Positions 1 through 11,263 of a stretch of DNA of 30,509 nucleotides are shown here, in pieces. The notes below the pieces were generated by a model. The model was not told the DNA's origin. It saw nothing but the letters and a program-made list of their open reading frames with translations, and searched no databases. The DNA is from Alloascoidea hylecoeti (lineage: Eukaryota). The stretch is taken from positions 806,001 to 836,509 of the forward strand of contig BCKZ01000008.1 in the NCBI GenBank assembly GCA_001600815.1, in the 5' to 3' direction. Made by a program: the position numbers and the translations under genes. The stretch's first letter is position 1; every line of letters starts with the position of its first letter.

Positions 1-1
1 A

Positions 2-424
2 AGGTGGACTATTCCTAAATCATTTGGCAACCAACAATATCATGATGCAAGGAAGGCATGTTCAGGAGATTTATGGCCCCTTGGAGCGAAAACAAAAGTC
101 CTTTGCGGAGCTCAAAATGCACAAATAAAGATAAAAATTGAAAAACGTGAAGCAGAAAAAGCCAAAAGGCAACAACTTAGAAAAGAAAGAGAAGAAAGGG
201 AAGGTAAAATTAATAATCTTGCATCTAAGGGAATTAAAATATCCGATGAAGTGCTAAGAGAACTAGAACTTATTCAGGACCCCCGTGATTTAAGTTTGAT
301 TGATCTGAAACTGGGAAAGAGTGTAAAAGACCGTCTCGGTGAATCCGATGATGAATTTTCGAAAGAGTTAAGAAGAGTTCAAAAAAATATGTTGAAATAT
401 AAAAAGGATGATAAAAGTGATTAA
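2..424 (+). CDS. 3' end of an unidentified protein-coding gene (partial, runs in from the window edge); charged, coiled-coil-like C-terminus
   Basis: Frame 2 is open from base 2 to TAA at 422-424 ([28 protein letters not shown]...[22 protein letters not shown]...KKDDKSD*). About 140 stop-free codons in AT-rich DNA. Not in the ORF track. Confidence 0.7.
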   Translation, partial: RWTIPKSFGNQQYHDARKACSGDLWPLGAKTKVLCGAQNAQIKIKIEKREAEKAKRQQLRKEREEREGKINNLASKGIKISDEVLRELELIQDPRDLSLIDLKLGKSVKDRLGESDDEFSKELRRVQKNMLKYKKDDKSD

Positions 425-952
425 GATGATAAGAATGACTTCTTCTAAAATGTCTAGATTTTCTACCATAACTATTAATAATGTACATATGTTATAGGAG
501 AATAAAATGTAGATAGGCATACCGGTAAGTAGGTTATAATATAAATAATAACCAAGTCATAATCATTAATATCTAAAGTAATATTTATAGTTGCGTACAT
601 ACACAAATATTTGCAATTGGTTCAATATTTAATGTTTCTTTAGCTGAATATAAGTTGAGACCTGATGACAAGTGTAGTAATATAATGACAAAGAACCCAC
701 TTACATATTTCGTATGTATTTATATGGTTTCGTAGAGTTAATAGCAATGATATAATGATGCATATATGAATATTTTCATATATTATATATATTTCAATAT
801 CTCATATTCATCTTCACCATTAAAAGGTTGTCATACTCATTGATATTTTGATTTTATTTTGAACTTAAGCGTCATAACTACTATTTTAATTCGCAATCGA
901 TATCAATTACTTATAACCAGGTCTTCATTCATCTCGATTGATATACAACAGA

Positions 953-1270
953 ATGGAAGGTAATATTTTGGCCACTTCTTATCAATTTGTCCCATTTACC
1001 CAGATCAATAAACTTCGAATGGATGGTTCGAACTCTTTGCAATTCGAAGGTAAAAAGTCCTGCCCCAAATATATGCCCTTTGGTATAATCAATAACCATA
1101 GTCTAGATATCGGTAATCAGCAGGAGAGGCTTAAAAATGGCATGCATATTTCAATTGATCATGAACCAGACCAAGGTACACATTTGAATAAGAAGATAGA
1201 CTGCAAGTTTGGTCATGATTCCCATCAGAATTCGAAGGGAAATGAATCACCTGAATATACATATTATTAA
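953..1270 (+). CDS. Possible small orphan ORF (105 aa from the first ATG)
   Basis: Open frame, slightly GC-richer than its flanks. No recognisable motif. Confidence 0.25.
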   Translation: MEGNILATSYQFVPFTQINKLRMDGSNSLQFEGKKSCPKYMPFGIINNHSLDIGNQQERLKNGMHISIDHEPDQGTHLNKKIDCKFGHDSHQNSKGNESPEYTYY

Positions 1271-1816
1271 GTTTTAAATATATATTGTATTAAAGTTCAA
1301 AAAGCCTGTGCACCAAAAATCCAATCGACTCTTTCTAAGAGTGTAATATATAGAATATCCAACATATTGATATATTAATATGCATATATACATTTTTTGC
1401 ATGCTCTTGAATTATAGGATAGGTTACTATTTTACCTTGAAAATTTGAACCCTTCTCAATTTAAAATAAAAATATATCTGCAGCAATCATCTTCTAGTTC
1501 ATGAATCATACCTAAAACTGGGAGATTGCGTTTTCATTAAATCCTTAAGACTTTCAGTACCAATTTTAGCAATATAAAATATAAGCCTATAGTATAGGTT
1601 TACCTGACTGGAATCGTGCATCTGCTATCGAGTGCCTACAATCGATAATCATTCTTTCGCAATTGATAGGCTTATATACATTAAAACACAATAACATAGA
1701 AATAGATAGATATCGCTAGTTTTTAATTTTACACAGTTTGAATAGATACAGAAAACTTATTCGTAGTTTCATAAAATATAGATCATATTAATCAAGTATT
1801 CAACCAATCATAATAT

Positions 1817-2226
1817 TTAATCGAATTTTCCCAAAAATATTTTCCTTTCAGCTATTAGTAGTCTCATTACAGCTTGAAAATTTGCAATACGTATAGACTT
1901 CTCGATAGTTAAGTTATGTGCATTATTTTCTTTTAGATAATTATTACAATATAACTGTCCTTGTGAAATAGCTTGACTTTGAAGGTCTGAGGAGAAAACT
2001 TTGGTTAATATATTATGAATTTTTCTTTTGTACTAAAATACAACTTACCCTTTACTAAAGAGTGGAGACTTAAAATGGGCTTATTATTATCATCGACATC
2101 AAGCGCTAGCTTATCAGATGGCCTCATTAATTTTTCTTGGAATTTAAATATGCGTTGTCTAAGAGAGTAGTTTGGCATCTCCAAAGTGGGATTCCTATTG
2201 TAAGCTGATGAACCTATAATTGACAT
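1817..2226 (-). CDS. Predicted two-exon orphan gene, 115 aa (exon 1 2226-2049, intron 2048-1987, exon 2 1986-1817)
   Basis: GTAAGT donor at 2048, TTAAC branch-like site, pyrimidine tract and CAG acceptor at 1987. The 62-nt intron matches the local size class. Splicing joins the 73-aa ORF in frame to a further 56 open codons (DLQSQAISQGQLYC...KIFLGKFD*). Confidence 0.55.
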
Positions 2227-2584
2227 TTCAATTACAAATTAAGTATTTAATGATCCAGCAAGATATATTGAAGATATTTTACTTAGGTGAAAGCCAAATG
2301 TATGTTTTATCAAGTTTTTTTCATTTTAGTAACTGCAATGGTCTTATGCATATTTCATTTTATGTTTAATTCTTAATTATAGATACTTTTTTTGTTTTAT
2401 CCTCTAATATAATTTCCAGTTAAAAATTTATTTAGCCAAGGAAATCTCTAATCTTTTTTTTTTTAACTTTTCTTATATATTTTCCAATTAAATTATATAA
2501 CTAGAAACTATGTAAATTCTGAGGAAATTCTTATTATGTCGAGCGAATTTGTCTGTATTCTACAAGTGGAAATGAAATATATTC

Positions 2585-2656
2585 GGCCGTGTGGTCTAGT
2601 GGTATGATACTCGCTTTGGGTGCGAGTGGCCCTGGGTTCAATTCCCAGCTCGGCCC
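2585..2656 (+). tRNA. tRNA-Pro (anticodon TGG), intronless
   Basis: GGCCGTGTGGTCTAGTGGTATGATACTCGCTTTGGGTGCGAGTGGCCCTGGGTTCAATTCCCAGCTCGGCCC folds as a cloverleaf with A box, B box (GGTTCAATTCC) and anticodon stem CTCGC/GCGAG. A T5 run at about 2664-2668 could be the Pol III terminator. Confidence 0.97.
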
Positions 2657-3323
2657 GATTTCCTTTTTGCTATTTAAAATATTGGTCTTTTCCAAAAGTT
2701 ACCTAAGAAGGAACCCGAGCAGATGTAAATAAATATTAAAAAGGAGGGGAACAAAAATCCAACTACACATGTATTTGGATAGAAAATAATTATTAAACAA
2801 AAAATTATTAAATGATGATTCAAGTGATCGATACTGTTATCGTAAATCAAATGAGACAACGATTACACCTCAGATCAGATATCTAATCATTGAAACGTTA
2901 AAACAATACAAAATAACTCAAATAGTAAATAATTATAAATATTTTTAATGGATCATAAATATTTGATTCTCCAATGGTCATAGAAAAAGTGACTTAACTT
3001 GAAGATAGAAGTATTTTTGATCACGGGATCATTCGAGATTTTTATAAACATTTTGAAAATTTCCAAATTTCTATTTGATTCATCGATTTTCTTCTTTGTT
3101 TCTTTTATTATCCCAAAACCTCCTTTTTTTATTTAAAACTCAACTTCACCGTCTTTTTGTAAAAGACTTGTTTTGAAAAATTTAAATCTCCCTTTCTTTT
3201 ACGCATATTTCTCTCTTTATCCACCTTTGCCGCTTTTTTTAAATTTCATACATACGGCATCACTGTTCCAGAAAGGGGAAACAAAGGGCTATTAAATTTT
3301 CAATTTTCTAACAAATTCATACA

Positions 3324-5480
3324 ATGTCACAATCTTCATCTCCAAAAAAACCAACTCCCTCTATCTCTTCAAAAAGGAGTAAATCAAGAAAGCACCGATC
3401 ATCTTTTGCTGGAAATAATGTCATTAACAATGGTCAAACCCAAAGATATCCGAAAATAGACCTAGATCTTCCGAATAGTTACCAATCTTCTTCTTATCTT
3501 TCAAATCATTCACCAAGTTTACGAGGTCCTCTAAGATCAAATGCCGATGTTGCATCTGTAAACTATGGTTTCCCATCCAAATCAAGAAGTCAAAGTGTAC
3601 TAGATGGCAAAGCTCCAATTATTAATAATGCAGGTTCGGTCTATTCCGATTACTACGATGAACATGATCAAAATAATGATGATATGGGTAACTATTCTGC
3701 TTCAATACCATCTGTTGATGTTCAAAACCCTGATCCTGAAGTTGTAAAAGTTGTTACAAGACATTTGGTTACTGATGCAACAACTCATCCCGAACTTAAT
3801 TATTCATCATCTGAATTTGATTCTTTACAATTACAAGGTGGTGATATTACAAGAGAATTATATAATTGGCAAAGAGAACATGAAGGAGGTGAAGGTAATG
3901 TAAGATTTCAAAGATCAAGATCTTTTGTTGCCCATCCTTCAAATACACAAGATGGTGATGATTCTGTTCCAATTTCTGTACAAGATATTATGGTTCCTGG
4001 TGGATTTAGAAGAAGTTTTTTACTTCAAAAACATCAAACAAGACAAGCTTTAGATGATGTTGAAAATAACCCGAATACAAGTAATAATAATCAACCAACT
4101 TTTTTAACGAAAAATTTTATAGAGTTTTTAACATTATATGGTCATTTTGCCGGTGAAGAACTTGAAGAAGAAGATGATGATGAGGATGATGAGAATGCAA
4201 TATCTGATGATGATACTAATGAACCGGATGAAGAATCTCAATTATTACCACATAATCCAAGAATTCCATTGAAAAGATTAAAATCTTATCAAAATGGTGG
4301 TAATCTTGTATCAACATCAAAAGCAGTAATGCTATTATTAAAAAGTTTTGTTGGTACAGGTATATTATTTTTACCAAAAGGTTTTTATAATGGTGGTTTA
4401 TTATTTTCAACATTAGCATTATTAATTGCAGCAATTTTATCATATTGGTGTTTTTTATTATTAATTAAAAGTAAAATTAAAACAAATGTTAATAGTTTTG
4501 GTGATATTGGTGGTTATTTATTTGGTCCATCAATGAGAAAATTGATTTTATTTTCAATTGTTTTATCACAAATTGGTTTTGCATCTGCTTATATTGTTTT
4601 TACTTCACAAAATTTACAAGCTTTTATATTAGCTATAACTGATGGGAAACAATTATTTCAAATTGAAACATTAATTATTATTCAATTATTTATTTTTTTA
4701 CCCTTATCAATGGTTAGAAATATTGCAAAATTATCTGGAACTGCATTAATTGCTGATTTTTTCATCTTTTTAGGTGTTATTTATCTCTATTATTATAGTT
4801 TGTATACAATCAAGAAATTTGGAGTCTCTGATGTTGAATTATTCAATCCAAATGGTTGGACTTTATTTATTGGAACTGCAATTTTCACATATGAAGGAAT
4901 TGGATTATTAATCCCTATACAAGAGTCAATGAAAAAACCAAGTGAATTTAATATTTCATTAGGTTATGTTATGATAGGTATAACATTTGTTTTTGTATCT
5001 ATTGGTGCATTATGTTATTGTGCTTTTGGTTCAAATGTTCAAACAGTCGTTATATTAAATTTACCACAAGATAATAGATATGTTAATGGAGTTCAATTTT
5101 TTTATTCATTGGCAATTTTATTAAGCACACCATTACAATTATTCCCAGCGATTAGAATACTTGAAAATGGATTTTTTATAAGAAGTGGGAAATATAATAA
5201 AAAAATTAAATGGCAAAAGAATTTATTTCGATTTTTTTTAGTTTTAATAACTGCTTTTATTTCATGGATTGGATCAAATGATTTAGATAAATTTGTTGCA
5301 TTGGTTGGAAGTTTTGCATGTATACCATTAATTTATATCTTCCCTCCTTTGTTACATTATAAATCTTGTGCTACTGGGTTTTGGTCCAAATTAAGTGATA
5401 TTGTTATTTTTTTCTTAGGAATTGGTATGATGATTGGAACTACTTTTCAAACATTATCAAGTTGGATTAATAAATCTTAA
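3324..5480 (+). CDS. AVT3: Vacuolar amino-acid transporter (AAAP/Aa_trans family), Avt3/Avt4 type
   Basis: Long hydrophilic N-terminus with LQGGDITR, VPGGFRR and FIEFLTLYGHFAGE motifs, then LLLKSFVGTGILFLP and multiple TM segments. Lies near RPT1/RPC25/SDH1, as S. cerevisiae AVT3 does. Confidence 0.9.
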   Translation: MSQSSSPKKPTPSISSKRSKSRKHRSSFAGNNVINNGQTQRYPKIDLDLPNSYQSSSYLSNHSPSLRGPLRSNADVASVNYGFPSKSRSQSVLDGKAPIINNAGSVYSDYYDEHDQNNDDMGNYSASIPSVDVQNPDPEVVKVVTRHLVTDATTHPELNYSSSEFDSLQLQGGDITRELYNWQREHEGGEGNVRFQRSRSFVAHPSNTQDGDDSVPISVQDIMVPGGFRRSFLLQKHQTRQALDDVENNPNTSNNNQPTFLTKNFIEFLTLYGHFAGEELEEEDDDEDDENAISDDDTNEPDEESQLLPHNPRIPLKRLKSYQNGGNLVSTSKAVMLLLKSFVGTGILFLPKGFYNGGLLFSTLALLIAAILSYWCFLLLIKSKIKTNVNSFGDIGGYLFGPSMRKLILFSIVLSQIGFASAYIVFTSQNLQAFILAITDGKQLFQIETLIIIQLFIFLPLSMVRNIAKLSGTALIADFFIFLGVIYLYYYSLYTIKKFGVSDVELFNPNGWTLFIGTAIFTYEGIGLLIPIQESMKKPSEFNISLGYVMIGITFVFVSIGALCYCAFGSNVQTVVILNLPQDNRYVNGVQFFYSLAILLSTPLQLFPAIRILENGFFIRSGKYNKKIKWQKNLFRFFLVLITAFISWIGSNDLDKFVALVGSFACIPLIYIFPPLLHYKSCATGFWSKLSDIVIFFLGIGMMIGTTFQTLSSWINKS

Positions 5481-5751
5481 ACCCTACTATATCACTAAAC
5501 CCTAATCGGTTATATGCCAGAAGTGAAAAAAGAATATAAATTTAGATTATATATTTTAGCTAAAATAGAATAGAATTTGCACGTGGATATAATAAAAGGT
5601 AAGATATTTATTTATTTATAGACCCATTGAGGCGGGACTTAATTGTCCACTATATAATTTTAGTTCTACATTCCTTCAGCACTTAAATACATTCTTTTGA
5701 AAATTTGATGAAAACTGTTAAGTTATTTGTTGAATAATAAATAAATTTTAA

Positions 5752-7176
5752 ATGTCAAGCCCTCTTCTTCATAGTGATAGTCATACTGGCACATCTGAGT
5801 TTATTTCTGTCGATGATGTTGGTAGGGTTCAATTTAAGCAAGGAGCATGGTTATCGGGTACTGCGACAATAAACGATACAATCGGTAACGATATCAACAA
5901 ATCTGAAATCTCTTTAACATCAACTCCAATTGAAGAAGATGATAATGGACAATATAGTGATAATGAAAGTAAAAGTGATGATTTTATAATTCATCCAAAT
6001 AATACTATCACACGTTTATTAGATGTTATTAAAATTATAACTTCCCCGGAAAGAAGTACAATGGAATCTTTAGATACAACGAATAAAATCATAATGAGAG
6101 ATTTAAGTATAGTTTATCCAGGTGGTGATACAACTCCTTATATTCCAATTTCAGATATTATTATTGAACATAAATCTCCTGATCATAATACAGAAATTGT
6201 TGAAAGATTACGAAAAAGAGATAGTTCACCATCAAGATTAAATAGATCAACATCAAGACAATCTTTAAGAAGTGAAGTAACTTCATCATTTATTGATTTT
6301 TCTTATTTAAAAACTCATGCTTCAATTGGTATACCAACAATTGTTTGGAATAAACTATTAGAATTAATTAAAAAAGCATCTCCAGAATATATGAAAATTG
6401 ATTCAATTAATTATAAAAAATCATCTGGTTATACATGGTTACAAATTCAATTACCTAAAACACCAATTGATGTTGAATTAGGTAATGATAATGGTACCAG
6501 TGATTTTGGTACATTAGAGCAATTTTTATACAGATACAAAACAAATATGATTGGTTATTCAGCAATTATATTTCAATTAAAAAGAATTTCAAGAACTTCA
6601 AATGGATCAGTTGTTAAACCATATTATTATCAAATAATACCAACTTTACAAAGTTTTAAAGTAATTTCTGATATAAAATTATGCTCACCATCATTAAAAA
6701 AAATAGTTCAGACAGGAATTGTTGAAAAACAAATTAGTGATTCATTAAAATCATTACTTGGTCTTGATACATCATCAGATTCTGGAAATGAATCAAGAAT
6801 TTATATTGATAGTCCAATAACTACTGGTTTTAATTCAACACCAAAAATTACTAACATTAAAGAACCATTACAAATACAAGAAAAACAATTACAACCTATT
6901 GAAATACAACATATAATACCTAAGATAGATAACATTATTGTTAAAGATGAAGAAAAAATTGGTAAAGAAGTTACTCCTCCAAAAGTATTAACTAATAATA
7001 ATACAAATGGTTTAAATAAACTTATTGTGATTTTATATATTCTTTCATTATTATTATCTGGATTTTTATTTTTATTTTCAATTTTTGTTATATTTATGAT
7101 TCTTTATTTATCTTGTCAAATTGGAATCATTAATCCAAATGATATTTCAAAATTAGTGAAATCATTTTTTAAATAG
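5752..7176 (+). CDS. Hypothetical 474-aa protein with a C-terminal hydrophobic anchor
   Basis: Long ORF with host-like codon usage, Ser/Thr/acidic-rich. About 30 hydrophobic residues (LIVILYILSLLLSGFLFLFSIFVIFMILYL) are followed by a short tail ending KLVKSFFK. Confidence 0.8.
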   Translation: MSSPLLHSDSHTGTSEFISVDDVGRVQFKQGAWLSGTATINDTIGNDINKSEISLTSTPIEEDDNGQYSDNESKSDDFIIHPNNTITRLLDVIKIITSPERSTMESLDTTNKIIMRDLSIVYPGGDTTPYIPISDIIIEHKSPDHNTEIVERLRKRDSSPSRLNRSTSRQSLRSEVTSSFIDFSYLKTHASIGIPTIVWNKLLELIKKASPEYMKIDSINYKKSSGYTWLQIQLPKTPIDVELGNDNGTSDFGTLEQFLYRYKTNMIGYSAIIFQLKRISRTSNGSVVKPYYYQIIPTLQSFKVISDIKLCSPSLKKIVQTGIVEKQISDSLKSLLGLDTSSDSGNESRIYIDSPITTGFNSTPKITNIKEPLQIQEKQLQPIEIQHIIPKIDNIIVKDEEKIGKEVTPPKVLTNNNTNGLNKLIVILYILSLLLSGFLFLFSIFVIFMILYLSCQIGIINPNDISKLVKSFFK

Positions 7177-7394
7177 AATTTTTAATTTTTTTATTTGTCT
7201 TTCTTGGCTTGTTATGCTCTTCATTTGATATTTCTATAAATACATCATATAAACAAACCTTATAACTGTACATGTTTATCATATTCATCCTCATTTTTAA
7301 CTTATACACATATTGTGACCATCATCATCGTAATAAAGTTATTGAAAATCCAAGACCGCGCGTTTTAGACACCCTCCAAAAAATGATAGTGTTA

Positions 7395-8285
7395 CAACCA
7401 ACCACTAAATATTTGACAAGACCTTGAACTGTTCCCAAAGTAGTGTTTCTTGGATAGTAGAAATTCTATTAGACTATTATACACTGACATTTCAAATTTA
7501 GTATTTAGTGTTGGGGCCCTTAACGCTATAATCGGCCGTCAGAGAGTTAATTAGATTATCAATATTAATGATATCCTGATCAACGAGGTGCCAGTATTTT
7601 GAAAGAGACATGAGCATTAAGTATTTCTTTACAACATATGGAAGGCTCATAATTCCACCCTGTGATGAACTTGTTAAGAGGAGATTCCACATGCGTTCAA
7701 TTGGATTCAAGACCACTGAAAAAGGCGGCCACTCCAACACTTCTATCTCGTTGCCACGAAACCAATTCACAATGATATTAGCATTATGGATAAATGTGTT
7801 ATCCTGATGTCATGGTTGTGGAGTATATACTTTTCCAAATCGATCCGGATCGTGTAACGACCGAACATTCGTCACTACATACAACATCCCAAATGTCATG
7901 AGACCACTCTAATCTAACTTTAGACAATACCATTCTATTCATTTGGTTCTTCTGATTCAGATAAGACCATTTGCATGCCGAAAATATTCCATATTCATGT
8001 TCTTACAGAAGGGTTTATAAGCGGTATTTGATGTTGAAATTTGAAGCCTACTCCTCAACCGTGTTCAAGGGGAGCTTTCATAACCCTCAAAATTTAATTC
8101 ATTTCCCTATCTGTAAGTTGTGTAGGCTTTTTTTTGATTTGAGGAGGTGTTATTCTAGAAGAATTGTTGGTGAATTTCTTGTGAACCACACAGTTGTACA
8201 TGGACTATTAAGCCTTTTGCTTATTTTAAAAATCGTTTAAGTCATGATCCCTCAGATTACAGATTTAGACCCTCTTAGCTGGTTG
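7395..8285 (-). mobile_element. Degenerate Tc1/mariner-superfamily (DD34E) DNA transposon relic, copy 1, internally deleted
   Basis: The minus strand gives WDVVCSDECSV (first D) and QDNTFIH...VLEWPPFSVVLNPIERMW with exactly 34 residues between D and E. Stops and frameshifts elsewhere. Candidate ends TA|CAACCA (7393-7400) and TGGTTG|TA (8280-8287); boundaries tentative. Confidence 0.85.
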
Positions 8286-8417
8286 TAATTGGTTTCTAGA
8301 ATTAATATTACCCAAAATCTCGCTTAACGAAAATCTAGGAAACATTATATGGTATATTTAAAAGATTGTTATTTTGGAATGGTGGTCCAAAAAGAAGATG
8401 TGTCTGTATGTAGTAAA

Positions 8418-9673
8418 TTATTCCGAATCCGAGTCCAAATCAGAATAATCAGTAATTAACTGTTTTTTATTATTAGTGTTTATATTAAAATTGTTGATAG
8501 TAGGATTTTTAATTAATGTTGATGATTTTTTATTCTTTTTATTTTTTATTTTAACTCCATTTTTGATCACTTTTTGTGAGGTTATAGTTTTATTATTTAA
8601 AAATGGATCAATATCATTTCGTAATGATCTTTTTAAATTTAATATAAATTGAGATTTTGTATCTTTTTCAAATTTTGAACTTGAATTTGATTCTTGAACA
8701 TTACTTTTATTATTATTTTCAAATAAAGATGATGATTTTATTAATTTTAACTTTTTTCTTGATAAAAATTCTGATTTATTATTATTATTATTATTAAACA
8801 TTTTAATTGTTTCAATATCATCAATTATTGATTTATTTTCAATTGGAATTGAAATACCCATTTTGTTCATAATTTTTTCCTTTTCATCATTTATATTTTT
8901 AATATTTGCTTTTTCATCCTATTGAAAAAATTAATCAATGTTAATTTTTTTATTCTTATAATGATCTGTTTAACTTTTTATTACTTACTCGAAATATTTT
9001 TCTTAATTTTAATGATTGTTCAAAATCATCATTCCATTGTCTTTTATTAATTATAAATTGATTTTGTAATTTTAAATTTTCATGTATTATATTTTTTTGT
9101 TTTTCAATTTTTTTAGCAATTAAATGTAAATTATCACTTTCATTATTATTATTATTATCATCATTTTCATCTTCATCTTCATTTTTATTATTATTTCGTA
9201 TTCTTTCCCTTGCACCAAAAACAACTTCATATTTGGTATTACAAGGATCAGTTTTAATATAAATTTCATTTTTACAATTTTTACAATTTATTTTAAAACC
9301 AAATATTGAAGTTGTATAATAATTACCAATTTTTGATTTTTCAGCATTAAATCTTATACCTTGATCAATAAATTCATTACATTTTAAACAAAATATACCA
9401 AATGGTATTTCAAATCGAACAATTAAAATTCCTTTTGTTTTTAAATTTTTTGCACGAGGACCTAAATGATGGTTTTTGCCTGCTAATTGATTTAATGATT
9501 TTTTACCATCTTTTTAAAAATATTTTGTTAGTTAGTGTTTATTTAAATGAAGAGTTTTAATTGAAATACTTACCATAATCAGGAGGAATATATTTATTGT
9601 AAGCTAATTATAAATAATCATTAGTATATATTTATTTCATAGAAAAGTGAAGGTTTCATTTCTTACGCTGCAT
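8418..9673 (-). CDS. CWC16/Yju2-family splicing factor, CCDC130/Saf4 (YJU2B)-type. Four exons: 9673-9667, 9603-9574, 9509-8989, 8918-8418; about 352 aa
   Basis: Spliced product MQPYNKYIPPDYDGKKSLNQLAGKNHHLGPRAKNLKTKGILIVRFEIPFGIFCLKCNEFIDQGIRFNAEK...CKNCKNEIYIKTDP carries two CxxC zinc knuckles. Introns of 63, 64 and 70 nt have GTAAGA/GTAAGT donors and AG acceptors, and all joins are in frame. Confidence 0.88.
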
Positions 9674-9750
9674 TTGTGTTTCTATATGATGAAGTATTAA
9701 TAATGAGAAGGCATAAGTGTCACAACTGCAGACATCTCTACACCCTCAAC

Positions 9751-9758
9751 TTGCCACC
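9751..9758 (-). promoter_or_regulatory. PACE-like element (Rpn4 site) upstream of RPT1
   Basis: TTGCCACC is the reverse complement of GGTGGCAA and lies about 120 bp upstream of a proteasome subunit ATG. Confidence 0.75.
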
Positions 9759-9874
9759 CACTTCATCTTTCATTTACATTACATCTTTCATTTCCATTAT
9801 AATTATTGGAAATTATTAGAAATTATTGGATAATCATTAAATATTGAATAGATATTGATTAATAATTTATAAAA

Positions 9875-11197
9875 ATGGCACCAAAAGCAGATTGGGAAAA
9901 ATATAAAAAACCAATTGATAAAGAAGATTCAAAAAATGATAAAGTTATTCCATTAACAGAAGGAGATATTCAAGTTTTAAAAACTTATGGAGCAGCACCA
10001 TATGGATCAACATTAAAAAAAATTGAAAAAGATTTAAAAGAAATTGAAATTAAAATTAAAGAAAAAATTGGTATTAAAGAATCAGATACAGGATTATCAT
10101 CACCACATTTATGGGATGTTAAAGCAGATAAACAAAGAATGGGAGAAGAACAACCATTACAAGTTGCAAGATGTACAAAAATTGTTGAAAGTAATAATGA
10201 TGATGGCGGAGATGGTAAATCAAAATATGTTATTAATATTAAACAAATTGCAAAATTTGTTGTTGGATTAGGTGAAAGAGTTTCACCAACAGATATTGAA
10301 GAAGGTATGAGAGTTGGTGTCGATCGTAATAAATATGAAATTCAATTACCATTACCACCAAAAATTGATCCATCAGTAACAATGATGACAGTGGAAGAAA
10401 AACCAGATGTTACATATGGAGATATTGGAGGATGTAAAGAGCAATTGGAAAAACTTCGAGAAGTTGTTGAATTACCATTATTATCACCAGAAAGATTTAC
10501 AAAATTGGGAATTGATCCACCAAAAGGTATATTATTATATGGACCACCAGGTACGGGTAAAACATTATGTGCAAGAGCAGTTGCAAATAGAACAGATGCA
10601 ACATTTATAAGAGTCATTGGATCAGAATTAGTACAAAAATATGTTGGAGAAGGAGCACGAATGGTACGAGAATTATTTGAAATGGCACGTACCAAAAAAG
10701 CATGTATTATTTTTTTTGATGAAGTTGATGCAATTGGTGGAGCAAGATTTGATGATGGCGCAGGAGGAGATAATGAAGTTCAAAGAACAATGTTAGAATT
10801 AATTACACAATTAGATGGTTTCGATCCACGTGGAAATATTAAAGTTATGTTTGCAACAAATAGACCAAATACATTGGATCCAGCATTATTAAGACCAGGT
10901 AGAATTGATAGGAAAGTTGAATTTAGTTTACCAGATTTGGAAGGTCGAGCCAATATTTTTAGAATTCATTCAAAAAGTATGAGTGTTGATAGAGATATTC
11001 GTTGGGAATTAATTTCAAGATTATGTCCAAATAGTACAGGAGCAGAATTAAGATCAGTCTGTACAGAAGCAGGTATGTTTGCAATTAGAGCAAGGAGGAA
11101 AGTTGCAACAGAAAAGGATTTTTTGGCAGCAGTTGAAAAAGTTATTAAAGGAAATATGAAGTTTAGTAGTACTTCTCAATACATGCAATATAATTAA
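9875..11197 (+). CDS. RPT1: 26S proteasome regulatory AAA-ATPase subunit Rpt1 (Cim5)
   Basis: [20 protein letters not shown], Walker A GPPGTGKT, Walker B IIFFDEVD and C-terminal YMQYN. Confidence 0.98.
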   Translation: MAPKADWEKYKKPIDKEDSKNDKVIPLTEGDIQVLKTYGAAPYGSTLKKIEKDLKEIEIKIKEKIGIKESDTGLSSPHLWDVKADKQRMGEEQPLQVARCTKIVESNNDDGGDGKSKYVINIKQIAKFVVGLGERVSPTDIEEGMRVGVDRNKYEIQLPLPPKIDPSVTMMTVEEKPDVTYGDIGGCKEQLEKLREVVELPLLSPERFTKLGIDPPKGILLYGPPGTGKTLCARAVANRTDATFIRVIGSELVQKYVGEGARMVRELFEMARTKKACIIFFDEVDAIGGARFDDGAGGDNEVQRTMLELITQLDGFDPRGNIKVMFATNRPNTLDPALLRPGRIDRKVEFSLPDLEGRANIFRIHSKSMSVDRDIRWELISRLCPNSTGAELRSVCTEAGMFAIRARRKVATEKDFLAAVEKVIKGNMKFSSTSQYMQYN

Positions 11198-11263
11198 TCA
11201 TAGAGAATATCAATATTTATAAGTATGTAAATATAATACAGAAGAGATCTAGAATTGTGAAGA

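Noticed and set aside
270..488. 72-aa minus-strand ORF
   Set aside because: Antisense shadow of the partial + strand CDS ending at 424.
9801..9830. Three tandem AATTATT(G/A)GA units upstream of RPT1, plus the (CGAATT)n run at about 29890
   Set aside because: Ordinary slippage microrepeats with no spacers; not CRISPR-like.
10044..10695. Short ORFs overlapping RPT1 (and similar ones inside AVT3, SDH1, the YOR389W-like gene and the last gene)
   Set aside because: Alternative-frame or antisense shadows of well-supported genes.
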